In this document: in pieces, positions 1 to 10,267 of the stretch
How the letters are laid out: each line of letters opens with the position of its first letter
Numbering within the stretch: the stretch's first letter is position 1
Assembly (NCBI GenBank): GCA_020720805.1
Contig: DYNZ01000003.1
Span: forward strand, 35,927 to 99,926
Direction: 5' to 3'
Source of the DNA: Leptospira biflexa
GTDB lineage: Bacteria; Spirochaetota; DYNZ01
DNA length: 64,000 bases
Made by a program: the position numbers and the translations under genes
The notes under the pieces: generated by a model
Told to the model about the DNA's origin: nothing
Databases searched by the model: none
What the model saw: the letters and a program-made list of their open reading frames with translations, nothing else

Positions 1-5
1 AAAAA

Positions 6-536
6 ATGGCGAATAAAATTCTTATAGTTGGACTTGGCAATCCAGATAAAAAATATCTTGATACTCCGCATAACGCCGGCTTTCTGCTTCTTGATTATTT
101 GGCAAGCGCATGGAACGTTTCTTTGGTTGAAAAAAAATTTCAAGGCCTTTGGGGGCAGGCAGAGGTAAATCAGGCAAAAGTTTTTTTAATGAAACCTTTA
201 ACCTATATGAATTTGAGCGGACAGGCCGTAATGCCTTTTATGCAGTTTCTTGAATTGTCTTCTGCGCGAATTTGGGTGGCTCATGATGAAGTGGATATCG
301 AACTAGGCCTTTGGAATCTAAAATCCGGGGGCGGGCATCGCGGCCATAACGGTATTCGGGATATTATTGCGAAAACTGGCAGCGCAGATTTTGTACGGTT
401 TAGAATTGGAGTTGGTAGGCCAGAACACCCTGATCTGGCAGGATACCTTTTGACTCGAATGTCAGAAAATTTAAAACAAAAAATGTCTGGCGTTTTTTTT
501 GAGATTCAAAAAAAAATGGAAGAGATGCTTTTATAG
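6..536 (+). CDS. pth: peptidyl-tRNA hydrolase
   Basis: 176 aa. N-terminal LIVGLGNPxxKYxxTPHNAGF motif and overall Pth architecture. Confidence 0.9.
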   Translation: MANKILIVGLGNPDKKYLDTPHNAGFLLLDYLASAWNVSLVEKKFQGLWGQAEVNQAKVFLMKPLTYMNLSGQAVMPFMQFLELSSARIWVAHDEVDIELGLWNLKSGGGHRGHNGIRDIIAKTGSADFVRFRIGVGRPEHPDLAGYLLTRMSENLKQKMSGVFFEIQKKMEEMLL

Positions 537-642
537 CCCACATAAATTGGAAAATTCGACAATTATTATTAATGCAGATAGTGCAGAGCTGTGCCGGAAG
601 CATCAGAAAGTGATAAGAGCACAACCAATGCAATTTAACAGG

Positions 643-3600
643 TTAGGGTAAAAGGGGAGGATTTTGGAAGAGTAAAAGAGATGACCAGTTTGAAGGATGG
701 TCATTTCTCTGCTTCAAGCGCAATTGTGTCTGGTGCATAGATGCAAGAACTGTCTGCCGTCTCAATTTTCGATAAAAAGCAGAGACAAATATTGCCATAT
801 TTTTATCAGAGTTTTTCAAACTGATAATGTACTGACCGAACCCTGTCTGATGCATTAAATTGGAAAGATAACATCTCATCAAAACTGAGGAAGTGGCCTG
901 GGTAGGCCAATTGACGTTGGAAAAGAATGCCATGCTTCGTTCGGCTCTCCTGGTGTTCCAGATATCTCGGAAATATAATTTATCGTTTTGAGGCTCTTCA
1001 TCACTAAGCCAAAAGAAAGAGTCCTCAGGTTGTTGATAACGAATCTCCCCAGGTAGGGCAATATGCCATATCTTTCCGGAGAGCAGAATATCAGTCAGAC
1101 TTGCTTTTGTTATATCATCGTCGGTAAGAATGGTTTTATTTTGGAATAGGTTTTGTATTAAATCCACTTCGGTCGCTGTGTGGCTTTGGTTGGTGATGAT
1201 TTTACTATTGCTAGGTGCGAAGGCAGCACTTAGATTCCATTCTAAGGGATATTGCAGGTTTTGCATAGATATGAAATGGAATAAGCTGTGAATATGGTAG
1301 ATTACATATTCGTCTATTAAATATTTTTCTTGGCTGAGCATCAATGATGCGAAAGGGAAAAAGGTAAGATCAGAAGATGATAGGAAACCGATATTTTTTA
1401 TTTTTTCTTTTTGAAGCGTTTCCTGGATCCCTGTAAGTAAAATTTTTGTTAACTCCTGCATCTCTTTATCTGCAAAGGTTTTTGTGGAATCCTTAATAGC
1501 GGGCAATACAGAATTAATTTTGGAAAGAATAATCGCATACTCTTCTTTTATAGGGAAAAAGGAAATTTGTTCATGGCTTAGATAAACACCAAACAATTTG
1601 TTTTCAACTTTTTGAAAATAAACGACAGCGTGGTCCGGATTCATGGACTTAAAAGCATTACTAAAATTTTTTTCCTGAAGTAGCATGGCTATAGGAGAGG
1701 AGGTGGTATTTATTTCGTTCTGTTTCTTCATCTCCTGAATATAGCGATGTCGGGTGACAAACTGCTGCGATAAATCTGTGGCCGTATTTTGATAGTAGTA
1801 GGTATCATTGGCAAGATTTGTGACTTTAACAGAGCTTCGTATTTGACTGAAACTGATATTGTGGAATTGGGCAATAAATTCAGATTTCAGTTTGATGGCA
1901 AAATCGGATTCCTGTGATTGTGTCTTTTGGGCAGTAACTGGGTAAGGTAACATCTGCAATCGTTTCAGTGATTCGGAAAAGAGCACAAACTGGACAGGTT
2001 TCTTGTGTTTTTCAAAAATATGTGATGCAAATGTAACTGTTTTTTCCATGAAATGGGGTGGAAAGGGAAAGAAAAGAACCGAATACCAGTGCATGGTGTC
2101 TTTATCGTGAGCATAGACCTGAAAAACATCGATGAGGTTTTTCCAGAAGGTGGGGAAATTATAAGAAAACAATCTTGCTTCTGCGATTTTGTCTACCCAT
2201 TGTAGGTATTGAAATTGGGGAGCATGGTTGTGATAGTAGCGATTCAAATTAAGATCTCTCTGCATCATGGCATTTTTACCAGATTTGAGAGATTGCAGTA
2301 GTTGTATTTTATAGGATATCAATTGAAGATGTTCCAAACTGTTTTTTTGTGCCTCTGTTGATGCCTGGAGTAGATAAGCTTTGGATTCAAGTTCGTTTCC
2401 CTGGTAGAGTAGGATTAATGCCATCAATAGTTTGGCGCGAATGCGTATATCGGAAATTATTTTTTTGTCTGTCTCGATAATTTCTTTTAGATAGGCTATG
2501 GTTTTCTCATGATCTTTTTGGAAAAAAGATGTCATGCTCAAAAGATAATAGATGTACTCCTTGGAAAAGGTATAGGGAAACAGAGGATCAAAATGGGTTG
2601 AGCCAAAGGATATATTCGCTTTTAATATGTTTTTTAGTAAATTTTGATACACGGATTCGGCTTTTTCATACTTGCCGGCTAAAAAATAGGAGTGACCAAT
2701 AAGCGCTTCATTTACCAGAAAAGGGAATTGGCTTTCTTCAAGAATTTTTTTGTTTTTATGTAAGGCAACAAATGCCTGGTCGTATAACCCGTTATCGAGA
2801 TACAATCGTGCCTGCTGATTGTAAAAAATAGTGGCAATTTCTCTGTTGTCCTGAAGTAATTTTTCGTGATGGGATTCCATTTGCGATAGGATTTTGTAGA
2901 GTTGGTGGAATCCGCCAAGATGCACATACACCTGTATCAGGCTGGCAATGCTGCTTTGAAGTAAATGCTGCTTTTTATTGGAAAAAACAAGTTCAACATA
3001 TTTTTTACTAATGTCAGAATAAAGATTCATTAACTGCGGTGTACGGTTTGTGCTATGAATTAGAGCATAAAATTTGCCAATTCTCTGAAATCTTTGAAGT
3101 TGATCATCAAGGTCATCGAGGAGATTGTATTTTTGCAAATGATCCTGAATTTTGACTTCCGTAAAAATTAAATCGTGATATGCAGTCTGAGTTTGAGCCT
3201 TTTCATAAAAATCTGAGTAATCAAGTAGGATGTAGAGTTGAAATAGGGCGAATTTTTTCTGATCAAGTTTGGAAAAATAGGAATTAGAAAGCTGATATAG
3301 GCGAATGGCCTCTCTGAATTGCAGATGCTTTTTGGAGTGTTGTGCTGCAAAAAAATAGAAAAGAAAAAAATCTTCTGCCATTAAGCTATCAGATTTAGCA
3401 TATTTCAGGCTGAAGCCAAGCTTTTGGTAAATTGATGGGGGCAGATTTTGATCACCTTGTACTTCGGCAATCCGTGCTTTTAGCAGCAGGAGGTGAAAAG
3501 AGATTCGCTGTTCTTTGCTTGTTCCAGAGTTTACGTTGAATCTTTGTAGGGTTGCATTAGTTAATAGCTCTTGGATCTGCCTGGGAAGCTGCTGGGGGTT

Positions 3601-3795
3601 TGAAACTTCAATCTGATGGTTCAGAGATTTTAGTGTAGTAAAAAGGTCAAATCCCTGTTGCTGAGCGAGCGCACTTTGGGAAAAATTTAAAAATAGTAGT
3701 GCAAGAGTTATTTGCCAAATGAGCCATCGGTTTTTGTGTATGCCTGGATTAATTACTCTTTTTCTGAATTCATTCATGCTTGCTCTCAGGCACAT
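643..3795 (-). CDS. large secreted TPR-repeat protein with C-terminal CHAT-like (caspase-fold) domain, probably catalytically inactive
   Basis: 1050 aa. Hydrophobic signal-like segment after MNEFRKR (start more likely ~3777). Long run of TPR-like helical repeats. The C-terminal ~250 aa match the CHAT pattern (IWHIALPGE ... FGQYIISLKNSDKNMAIFVSAFYRKL ... HPSNWSSLLLFQNP), but the HG and SAC catalytic positions read LPG and FSN. Confidence 0.7.
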   Translation of the reverse strand: MCLRASMNEFRKRVINPGIHKNRWLIWQITLALLFLNFSQSALAQQQGFDLFTTLKSLNHQIEVSNPQQLPRQIQELLTNATLQRFNVNSGTSKEQRISFHLLLLKARIAEVQGDQNLPPSIYQKLGFSLKYAKSDSLMAEDFFLFYFFAAQHSKKHLQFREAIRLYQLSNSYFSKLDQKKFALFQLYILLDYSDFYEKAQTQTAYHDLIFTEVKIQDHLQKYNLLDDLDDQLQRFQRIGKFYALIHSTNRTPQLMNLYSDISKKYVELVFSNKKQHLLQSSIASLIQVYVHLGGFHQLYKILSQMESHHEKLLQDNREIATIFYNQQARLYLDNGLYDQAFVALHKNKKILEESQFPFLVNEALIGHSYFLAGKYEKAESVYQNLLKNILKANISFGSTHFDPLFPYTFSKEYIYYLLSMTSFFQKDHEKTIAYLKEIIETDKKIISDIRIRAKLLMALILLYQGNELESKAYLLQASTEAQKNSLEHLQLISYKIQLLQSLKSGKNAMMQRDLNLNRYYHNHAPQFQYLQWVDKIAEARLFSYNFPTFWKNLIDVFQVYAHDKDTMHWYSVLFFPFPPHFMEKTVTFASHIFEKHKKPVQFVLFSESLKRLQMLPYPVTAQKTQSQESDFAIKLKSEFIAQFHNISFSQIRSSVKVTNLANDTYYYQNTATDLSQQFVTRHRYIQEMKKQNEINTTSSPIAMLLQEKNFSNAFKSMNPDHAVVYFQKVENKLFGVYLSHEQISFFPIKEEYAIILSKINSVLPAIKDSTKTFADKEMQELTKILLTGIQETLQKEKIKNIGFLSSSDLTFFPFASLMLSQEKYLIDEYVIYHIHSLFHFISMQNLQYPLEWNLSAAFAPSNSKIITNQSHTATEVDLIQNLFQNKTILTDDDITKASLTDILLSGKIWHIALPGEIRYQQPEDSFFWLSDEEPQNDKLYFRDIWNTRRAERSMAFFSNVNWPTQATSSVLMRCYLSNLMHQTGFGQYIISLKNSDKNMAIFVSAFYRKLRRQTVLASMHQTQLRLKQRNDHPSNWSSLLLFQNPPLLP

Positions 3796-3917
3796 TATCC
3801 TTGATTCTCAGCAATCTCTGTCTCTTTTCAGAAAATGAAGAAATTATCCATTTTGCAATCTAATTTTTTATTTTAAGCCGGAATAGGGAGATTTTTCCTG
3901 GATTCCAGAAAGGTCTT

Positions 3918-4625
3918 TTGATGAATCGAGATTTTTTTATTGCGTTAGACTTTTCCACCAGCGCAGAGGCGATATCTCTTGTAAAGATGCTTCCGACGGA
4001 GCATCTTTATTATAAAATTGGTATGGAGTTATTTTTTCGTGAAGGCGAACGTATTTTGTATACTTTGGCTGAAGCAGGGAAGAGAGTATTTCTTGATCTA
4101 AAGCTTTATGATATTCCAAATACTGTTTCCAGAGCCATCGCATCCCTGGCGGCCTACCCTTTTTATATGGTAAATGTTCATCTACTGGGAGGCGAGATGA
4201 TGGTCAGGGAGGCGCTTGTTGCCGCTCACCATTTGTCCTTTCAACCTAGAGTCATAGGTGTAACGATATTGACTTCCTATGATATAGATGCGCTAGCTGC
4301 GATATTCCCGGGAAATGAAAGAATTTTACCTGAAGAGTGGGCGCGCTATCTTGCCGTTCAGGGCAAACAATGGGGAATTGAGGGCGTTGTATGTTCACCC
4401 CATGAGGCTGCTTTAATTAAAGAAAGCTGTGGTAATGATTTTCTAACCGTAACTCCGGGAATCCGGTTTAGCGATGAGAAAGCTCATGATCAGAAGAGAG
4501 TCGCGACACCGGAGCGTGCGCGTAGAGAGGGGTGTGATTTCCCTGTGGTGGGTCGCGCTATAACCGAGGATTTCTCCAAGGCGGAGTCCAATTACGAGAG
4601 ATTTCTTTTTGCCTGGAATGTATGA
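3918..4625 (+). CDS. pyrF: orotidine 5'-phosphate decarboxylase
   Basis: 235 aa. DLKLYDIPNT (DxKxxDIxxT) active-site motif and IALDFST N-terminus. Confidence 0.9.
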   Translation: MMNRDFFIALDFSTSAEAISLVKMLPTEHLYYKIGMELFFREGERILYTLAEAGKRVFLDLKLYDIPNTVSRAIASLAAYPFYMVNVHLLGGEMMVREALVAAHHLSFQPRVIGVTILTSYDIDALAAIFPGNERILPEEWARYLAVQGKQWGIEGVVCSPHEAALIKESCGNDFLTVTPGIRFSDEKAHDQKRVATPERARREGCDFPVVGRAITEDFSKAESNYERFLFAWNV

Positions 4626-5944
4626 TGTACTCCTTCTATACTATCTTATTTGCCTGTTTGCTTTTCGCTCTACGATTGATAGCCCTTTTTCATAGGAACG
4701 TCGGCCTGATTTTCTGCATGCGGAGAAATGTATTCGAAAAAAGTCAAGCGCTGCGAATTCAATTTCCAAACCATAAGCTAATGATTTTTCATGGGGCGTC
4801 AGTCGGCGAATTGATGCAGCTCCTGCCTGTTGCGCAGGCCTGGAGTAAGGAAAAGCCTCGCCAGGAAAAGATCCTATTTTTGTTTACCTTTTTTTCGCCC
4901 TCGGCGTTGCCGTTCACGGCCAAATGGGAGGAGGAGGGGTTATATCATTTCTTGCCTCTTCCCCTGGATTGCCCCAAAACGATAAAGAGGTGGCTTTCAA
5001 TACTAAAGCCAACCCTTTTTTTGACAGCGAGTTATGAGATATGGCCTAATCTGTTTCGCTCCCTGAGGCAAGCGAGGGTGCCAAGTGGGATTATCTCCGC
5101 TTTGCATCGCGAAAACTCAGGACAGTTTACCGGGTGGTACTCCTGGTTTTTTCGAGAGGTTTTACGGGAATTGTCCTTTGTGGATGCTGTAGATTCCCAG
5201 CATCAGCGCCGTTTTCAGGATTTTATCAATTCAACTATTCCCGTCTTTGCATCGGGAGATTCTCGTTGTGATTATATTGCGCAGCAGATGAAAATGCAAA
5301 AAACAAAAAATCAATCTGAGGATAGGTTGTTGCTGCAGGAGCAATTTCACTCCTGGTACAGAAAGATAAAAACAAAGAGGCGCATATTAATATTGGCCAG
5401 CACCTATGCTTCCTGTGAGCAGGTTATTTTCCCCCAGCTTCCTGAGTTGCTGGTAAAGTTTCCACAGTTAAATGTTATCGTTGTTCCCCATAAAATCGAC
5501 AGGCCGCGAATCGATGAGGTTCGTCAATCCCTGAACCAGCTTCAGATCTCTTTTTGTAGTTTGCATCAACCTGAATCCGGGTTTACTCGTGTATTTATTG
5601 TCGATGCACTTGGGATTTTGCTGCATCTGTATCGGTATGCTCACCTTGTTTTTGTTGGCGGGAGTTTTCACTATCGCATCCATAATGTGTATGAACCAGC
5701 CGCACACGGTGCAGCGCTGGCGTTTGGACCCAAAAATAAAAATTCTCCGGAGGCGCAACGGCTTATCCAGGCGGGCGGAGCCAGAGAGGTGGGCTCTGGA
5801 GAAGAATTTTTTCAGTGGGTACATGATCTGATGCGGGATTCCCAAATGGTTCGTTCCTTAGGGCAAAAAAATCAATTGGAGTTTCGGAAAAATCTGGGAG
5901 CATCAGAAAAAATGGTTCGGAATATAAAAAGTTTACAGATTTAA
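4622..5944 (+). CDS. waaA: 3-deoxy-D-manno-octulosonic acid (Kdo) transferase
   Basis: 440 aa. N-terminal membrane anchor, conserved FHGASVGE motif and glycosyltransferase C-terminal half. Overlaps pyrF by 4 bp. Confidence 0.85.
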   Translation: MMYSFYTILFACLLFALRLIALFHRNVGLIFCMRRNVFEKSQALRIQFPNHKLMIFHGASVGELMQLLPVAQAWSKEKPRQEKILFLFTFFSPSALPFTAKWEEEGLYHFLPLPLDCPKTIKRWLSILKPTLFLTASYEIWPNLFRSLRQARVPSGIISALHRENSGQFTGWYSWFFREVLRELSFVDAVDSQHQRRFQDFINSTIPVFASGDSRCDYIAQQMKMQKTKNQSEDRLLLQEQFHSWYRKIKTKRRILILASTYASCEQVIFPQLPELLVKFPQLNVIVVPHKIDRPRIDEVRQSLNQLQISFCSLHQPESGFTRVFIVDALGILLHLYRYAHLVFVGGSFHYRIHNVYEPAAHGAALAFGPKNKNSPEAQRLIQAGGAREVGSGEEFFQWVHDLMRDSQMVRSLGQKNQLEFRKNLGASEKMVRNIKSLQI

Positions 5945-6969
5945 TGCAAATTATCATGAACTATCCTAATCTGCCACTCAAAGCACGGATTCGCCAATTG
6001 GCTTTCCAATTTGGTTTTTCGGCCATGGGGGTTTCAGATATCGCAGAAGTTCCACGTTTGCCTGAATTTGACCAATGGCTGGATAGGAAATTGTATGGAG
6101 ATATGACATGGCTGCTTCGGCATCGGCAGCTTCGCCGCGATCCGCGTCATCTGTTTGCAGATGTTAAGAGCGTGATTAGCTTTGCATTGCCTTATGCGAA
6201 ATTGGCGAGCTCGTCTTCGTATTCTATTGCCGCGTATGCCCGGTATTATAGCTACCATGAGGCCATTTTTTCTGCACTAACAGAGATTCTGACCCAACTA
6301 AAGGGAGAATTTCCCGAAATTCACGGACGTGTCATAGTGGATTCTGCACCTCTTGATGAGAGAGCGTGGGCCGCAAAGTCAGGATTGGGTTTTATTGGTA
6401 AAAATAATCTTTTAATAACAGAACGGAACGGTTCTTATGTTTTATTAGGCGAATTGCTGATCAATCAAGAGCTGGAATCAGATTCGCAACAGAACCCCAT
6501 GCAGGTAAATTGTGCCAACTGCGATGCCTGCATCCGCGCTTGTCCGACAGGCGCTCTCCAAGCCTATGAATTGAATGCCGCACTTTGCATCTCCCATAGG
6601 ACGATCGAAAGGAAGCAAAAGAGGCTTGAGGGCGATGAACCGCAGGTATATGGTTGGGTTTTTGGCTGTGATCAATGTCTGCTTGCTTGCCCCTATAACC
6701 ACATGGCTCACCACACATCACTGGAAATTCATCCACTATTTCAAAACATCCAGGATGAGGGATCCAGTTTTGCAGACTATTTTAATGATGTCTCAGAAGT
6801 GGATTTTCATCAAAAATTCGAACATTCGGAACTATTGCGCAGCGGTTATCGAAAAATTTTGGAAAATATCCAGATTGTAAAGAGGCAATCCATAGGGCAA
6901 CAGGCTGACAGTTCCGGCTTTTTCCTAGCAAAAGGAGAGAAAAGCGGCTTTTGGGCCTCTTTGAATTAA
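5944..6969 (+). CDS. queG: epoxyqueuosine reductase (tRNA queuosine biosynthesis)
   Basis: 341 aa. Two 4Fe-4S ferredoxin-type Cys clusters (CANCDACIRACP ... GCDQCLLACP) and a QueG-like N-terminal half. Confidence 0.8.
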   Translation: MQIIMNYPNLPLKARIRQLAFQFGFSAMGVSDIAEVPRLPEFDQWLDRKLYGDMTWLLRHRQLRRDPRHLFADVKSVISFALPYAKLASSSSYSIAAYARYYSYHEAIFSALTEILTQLKGEFPEIHGRVIVDSAPLDERAWAAKSGLGFIGKNNLLITERNGSYVLLGELLINQELESDSQQNPMQVNCANCDACIRACPTGALQAYELNAALCISHRTIERKQKRLEGDEPQVYGWVFGCDQCLLACPYNHMAHHTSLEIHPLFQNIQDEGSSFADYFNDVSEVDFHQKFEHSELLRSGYRKILENIQIVKRQSIGQQADSSGFFLAKGEKSGFWASLN

Positions 6970-7066
6970 TTCTTGACATCGACCTTACCGAAAATGTTTT
7001 TGTTACCTTTTCAGATACCCTAAGGGCAGGAAATCAACAACAAGAGCGCGTTAGATCGCAGCTGAT

Positions 7067-7095
7067 TTGATTGTTATAACAATGATATTTATAAT
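7067..7095 (+). promoter_or_regulatory. sigma70-type promoter of rpmH (TTGATT-17 nt-TATAAT)
   Basis: TTGATT at 7067-7072, a 17-nt spacer, then TATAAT at 7090-7095. It lies ~25 nt upstream of a GGGAG Shine-Dalgarno and the GTG start of rpmH. Confidence 0.6.
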
Positions 7096-7120
7096 TATAG
7101 ATTAATCGGGAGTATTTAAG

Positions 7121-7285
7121 GTGAAACGTACATTTCAACCGAGTAAGTTAAAACGGAAAAAAACTCATGGATTCCGCAGCCGGATGGCTACAGCCAATGG
7201 TCGATTGGTTTTATCTCGTCGTAGAGCAAAAGGCCGTTACAAATTAACCGTTTCTGATGAAAAGAGTTACAAAAGAATTGGATAA
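7121..7285 (+). CDS. rpmH: 50S ribosomal protein L34
   Basis: 54 aa with a GTG start. Missed by the ORF track because it is under 60 aa. The translation [44 protein letters not shown] is near-identical to the L34 consensus, followed by an 8-aa C-terminal extension. A GGGAG Shine-Dalgarno sits 8 nt upstream. Confidence 0.9.
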   Translation: MKRTFQPSKLKRKKTHGFRSRMATANGRLVLSRRRAKGRYKLTVSDEKSYKRIG

Positions 7286-7459
7286 ATATTGATTTTAGGA
7301 AGATTACACCAATATTGAGATTATTGGACAGAGAAAGGAAAGAAGCAGAAGAGTAGGAATCATTCGCCAGCGGGTAAACTGGAATCTGTTCTTGCGTAAG
7401 AGCTGGCTATAACGGTAATATTAGAATCCGTTAGATTTGGATCGGATTAAATTGATAAA

Positions 7460-7993
7460 GTGGCAAAAACTAGAACCTACTCTATACTTAAAAGTAAAAA
7501 GCAAATTCAAAATCTTTTTCAGGATGGGGAACAGTTATTTCATCAGGGTATTTTTTGTAAATTTCATGTACGTCAGGCTCCATTGGATACGCCTCTGCAA
7601 GGCATCATACATCAGCAAAAATACCAAAATAGCATAGTTAGAACAGAAACAGATCGGTTTGACCAAGATTCCCATGAGAATACGAGCCAGAAAAGGGTGT
7701 TGGATGTATCCTATTTTGTTTCTGTTTCTAAAAAGATTCCGACAAAGGTTTTGCGAAACCGCCTGAAAAGAGTGATACGGGCTCATCTTGATGTTGTGCA
7801 TGAGCCATTTTTTAAGGATTTGGAAAGCCGGGGATACAGTGCCCCTGCTTTGGATATAGCCTGGATTGCGAATGGTAAATTTTTGGATTTTTCATATCCG
7901 GAAAGAAATGCGATCATGCAGAATTTGTTGAAAAGAGTTTTGCGTATGTTGGCGCAAAACTCCTCAAGCAAATACCAGCATCCAATAGTATAG
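7460..7993 (+). CDS. rnpA: ribonuclease P protein component
   Basis: GTG start. Conserved RNR-box region [19 protein letters not shown]. Immediately downstream of rpmH as in the canonical cluster. Longer than usual (177 aa), with an insertion. Confidence 0.8.
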   Translation: MAKTRTYSILKSKKQIQNLFQDGEQLFHQGIFCKFHVRQAPLDTPLQGIIHQQKYQNSIVRTETDRFDQDSHENTSQKRVLDVSYFVSVSKKIPTKVLRNRLKRVIRAHLDVVHEPFFKDLESRGYSAPALDIAWIANGKFLDFSYPERNAIMQNLLKRVLRMLAQNSSSKYQHPIV

Positions 7994-8006
7994 AGACGAT
8001 TCGTTT

Positions 8007-8312
8007 ATGTTAAAAAAAATGGGGAAAGGGTTTCTGTGCGGATTGTTGTATCTGCTTTCCCTTTTTTTTATCAGTTTAGTAAAATTTTACTCTGTATTCA
8101 TCTCACCTCTCTTACCTGCTTCTTGTCGCTACACTCCAAGCTGTTCTCAGTATATGATCGAGGCTATACGCAAATGGGGTCCTTTTTATGGGATTTTTTT
8201 GGGTAGCCGACGCATTCTGAGCTGCAACCCCTGGGGCGGGAGTGGGCATGACCCAGTTCCGGAACCGCCGGGGCGTCATTGGTATTCCATGTTGCATCAG
8301 GATCGTAATTGA
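8007..8312 (+). CDS. yidD: membrane protein insertion efficiency factor YidD
   Basis: Conserved YSPSCSQY-like motif ([17 protein letters not shown]) and CNPWGGxGxDPVP C-terminus. Confidence 0.85.
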   Translation: MLKKMGKGFLCGLLYLLSLFFISLVKFYSVFISPLLPASCRYTPSCSQYMIEAIRKWGPFYGIFLGSRRILSCNPWGGSGHDPVPEPPGRHWYSMLHQDRN

Positions 8313-8414
8313 TTTTGCTCCTTCTCCGTCTTGATCTCTTTGAAGTGTATTCAATCGCAAGGTAGCGTTATCATTAGAATTATGAAAAATTTCAGGAAGG
8401 AAGCGTAATACGCT

Positions 8415-10241
8415 ATGGATAAAAAAATAGTCATTGCAATCGTTCTATCCGTCATCATCTGGCTGGGTTATTTTTGGATTTTTCCGCCGCCAAAACAGGA
8501 AAATATCGATAAGGGGAAAGCAGACGCTAAGGAGCAGGTAAAAACCAAAGAGGTAAATTCAAAAATAACTGATACGCAGCAAGTAAAGAAAAATATAAAA
8601 AATGTAGAGGCTTTGCTGCAAAAGCAGGGAAGAAAAAAAGCCGGATTGACCGGTTTTGAGATTGATGAGATCTGGCTAAAAAAGAACCAAATTCCTGGTC
8701 AATCTGCCATTACGATGGAGACAGATATGTATCAGGTTCGTTTCCTCTCGGCTGGTGCTCAGGTTGATAGTTTTCGGTATAAAAAATATAAGGAAAAGGA
8801 TGGAAAACCTGTTGAGCTGGTAATACAAAGCAAACACTACCACGCTCCGAAAAGTTGGCCTTTTGCTTTTGATCTAAAAACAACCGATGACTCTTTTCTC
8901 TCAGAAGCAAAATTTATGGATTCGCTCCCTTTTGTCTTAAAGAGGTCAGAAGAAAAGAATAGCACAGTAATGACAGCTGCAATTCAGGGGCGATTGGATG
9001 GAAGCCTGGTTTTGCTGGAGAAGATTTTTCGTTTTCAAAAAGATAAGAATTATTTTGAGTTAGAGCTGCGCATTTCCAATCTCGACAAGAAAAACTTTGT
9101 GGGTCCATTCGAAAACGCCACTCTACAAATTGGTCACCTGGTTGGTCCCGATATTGACCTTGAGGATCCCTATAATCCAATGAAATTTGGGTACCAGGCT
9201 GCTGGTAATTTTCATACTTTGGATAAGCAAGGAGGGTTTTTTTCTGATAAACCACCAGCCCTAACCAAAGCCCCTGAAACAAATATTCAAATGGCCGCTC
9301 TCCACTCTCGCTATTTTTTACTAAGCGTGGTACCAATGCAACCTTTCCGGAAAATTTGGGGCGATACACGTCCTGCAACCGCTTTTCAATTGGGAGGTTT
9401 CCTGTCAAAGGTAGAACTGTCGCCAGGTGAGGTTTATCAAAACCGCTTCTTTGTTTATGCCGGGGAGAAAGAAAAGGATATTTTACAAAGCTTTGTAGCG
9501 GATATTTCCAAAGCAGGGTATAAAGGCGAAGGATTAGCTGATGCTCTAAAGGAAACTATTGATGTTCACTGGTCCATTGAGATTGTTCGGGATTTACTGG
9601 TTAAGCTCCTGCTACTTTTAAACTCGCTTTTTCACAATTATGGACTTTCGATCATTGCTTTTGCGATTATAACTAAGTTAATTTTTTGGCCTTTAAACCA
9701 AAAAAGCGCAGATTCCATGAAAAAAATGTCTGATCTTGCACCTCAGATGAAGGATCTCCGTGAAAAATATAAGGATAATCCTGCTGAAATGAATAAGCGC
9801 ACCATGGAGCTCTACCGGAAGAATAAGGTGAATCCTGCATCAGGATGTTTGCCGATTTTGATTCAGCTTCCGTTTTTTATAGCCCTTTATAGCGCTCTTT
9901 CCAATAGCGCAATATTGTGGAATGCTCCATTTTATGGATGGATTCAGGATTTGTCGATTCCAGATACTGTGGGGCATTTGCCGCAACAGTTGGGAGGAAT
10001 TTCGATCAATATTTTGCCAATAATCATGATCATTACCCAATTTTTTCAGCAAAAACTGACAACCCCTACGACTGCGGATCCAAACCAGAAGCGGATGATG
10101 TACCTGATGCCTGTACTTCTCATTTTCATTTTTTGGCAAATGCCCTCTGGATTGGTTTTGTACTGGAGCGTTCAGAACGTGCTCGCGATTGGACAGCAGG
10201 TATACACGAACCATAAAGGGAAAAAATTGGCAAATGCCTGA
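8415..10241 (+). CDS. yidC: membrane protein insertase YidC
   Basis: 608 aa. N-terminal TM, large periplasmic domain, and a C-terminal 5-TM core carrying the conserved KMxxLxPxxxxLxEKYKDxP ... LPILIQxPxF motifs. Confidence 0.9.
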   Translation: MDKKIVIAIVLSVIIWLGYFWIFPPPKQENIDKGKADAKEQVKTKEVNSKITDTQQVKKNIKNVEALLQKQGRKKAGLTGFEIDEIWLKKNQIPGQSAITMETDMYQVRFLSAGAQVDSFRYKKYKEKDGKPVELVIQSKHYHAPKSWPFAFDLKTTDDSFLSEAKFMDSLPFVLKRSEEKNSTVMTAAIQGRLDGSLVLLEKIFRFQKDKNYFELELRISNLDKKNFVGPFENATLQIGHLVGPDIDLEDPYNPMKFGYQAAGNFHTLDKQGGFFSDKPPALTKAPETNIQMAALHSRYFLLSVVPMQPFRKIWGDTRPATAFQLGGFLSKVELSPGEVYQNRFFVYAGEKEKDILQSFVADISKAGYKGEGLADALKETIDVHWSIEIVRDLLVKLLLLLNSLFHNYGLSIIAFAIITKLIFWPLNQKSADSMKKMSDLAPQMKDLREKYKDNPAEMNKRTMELYRKNKVNPASGCLPILIQLPFFIALYSALSNSAILWNAPFYGWIQDLSIPDTVGHLPQQLGGISINILPIIMIITQFFQQKLTTPTTADPNQKRMMYLMPVLLIFIFWQMPSGLVLYWSVQNVLAIGQQVYTNHKGKKLANA

Positions 10242-10267
10242 GGCAAACATCCAAGGGAGGATAGTTT

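Noticed and set aside
7437-7637. 66-aa ORF overlapping rnpA
   Set aside because: Different frame of the rnpA start region. The rnpA call is supported by conserved motifs and the ORF is not.
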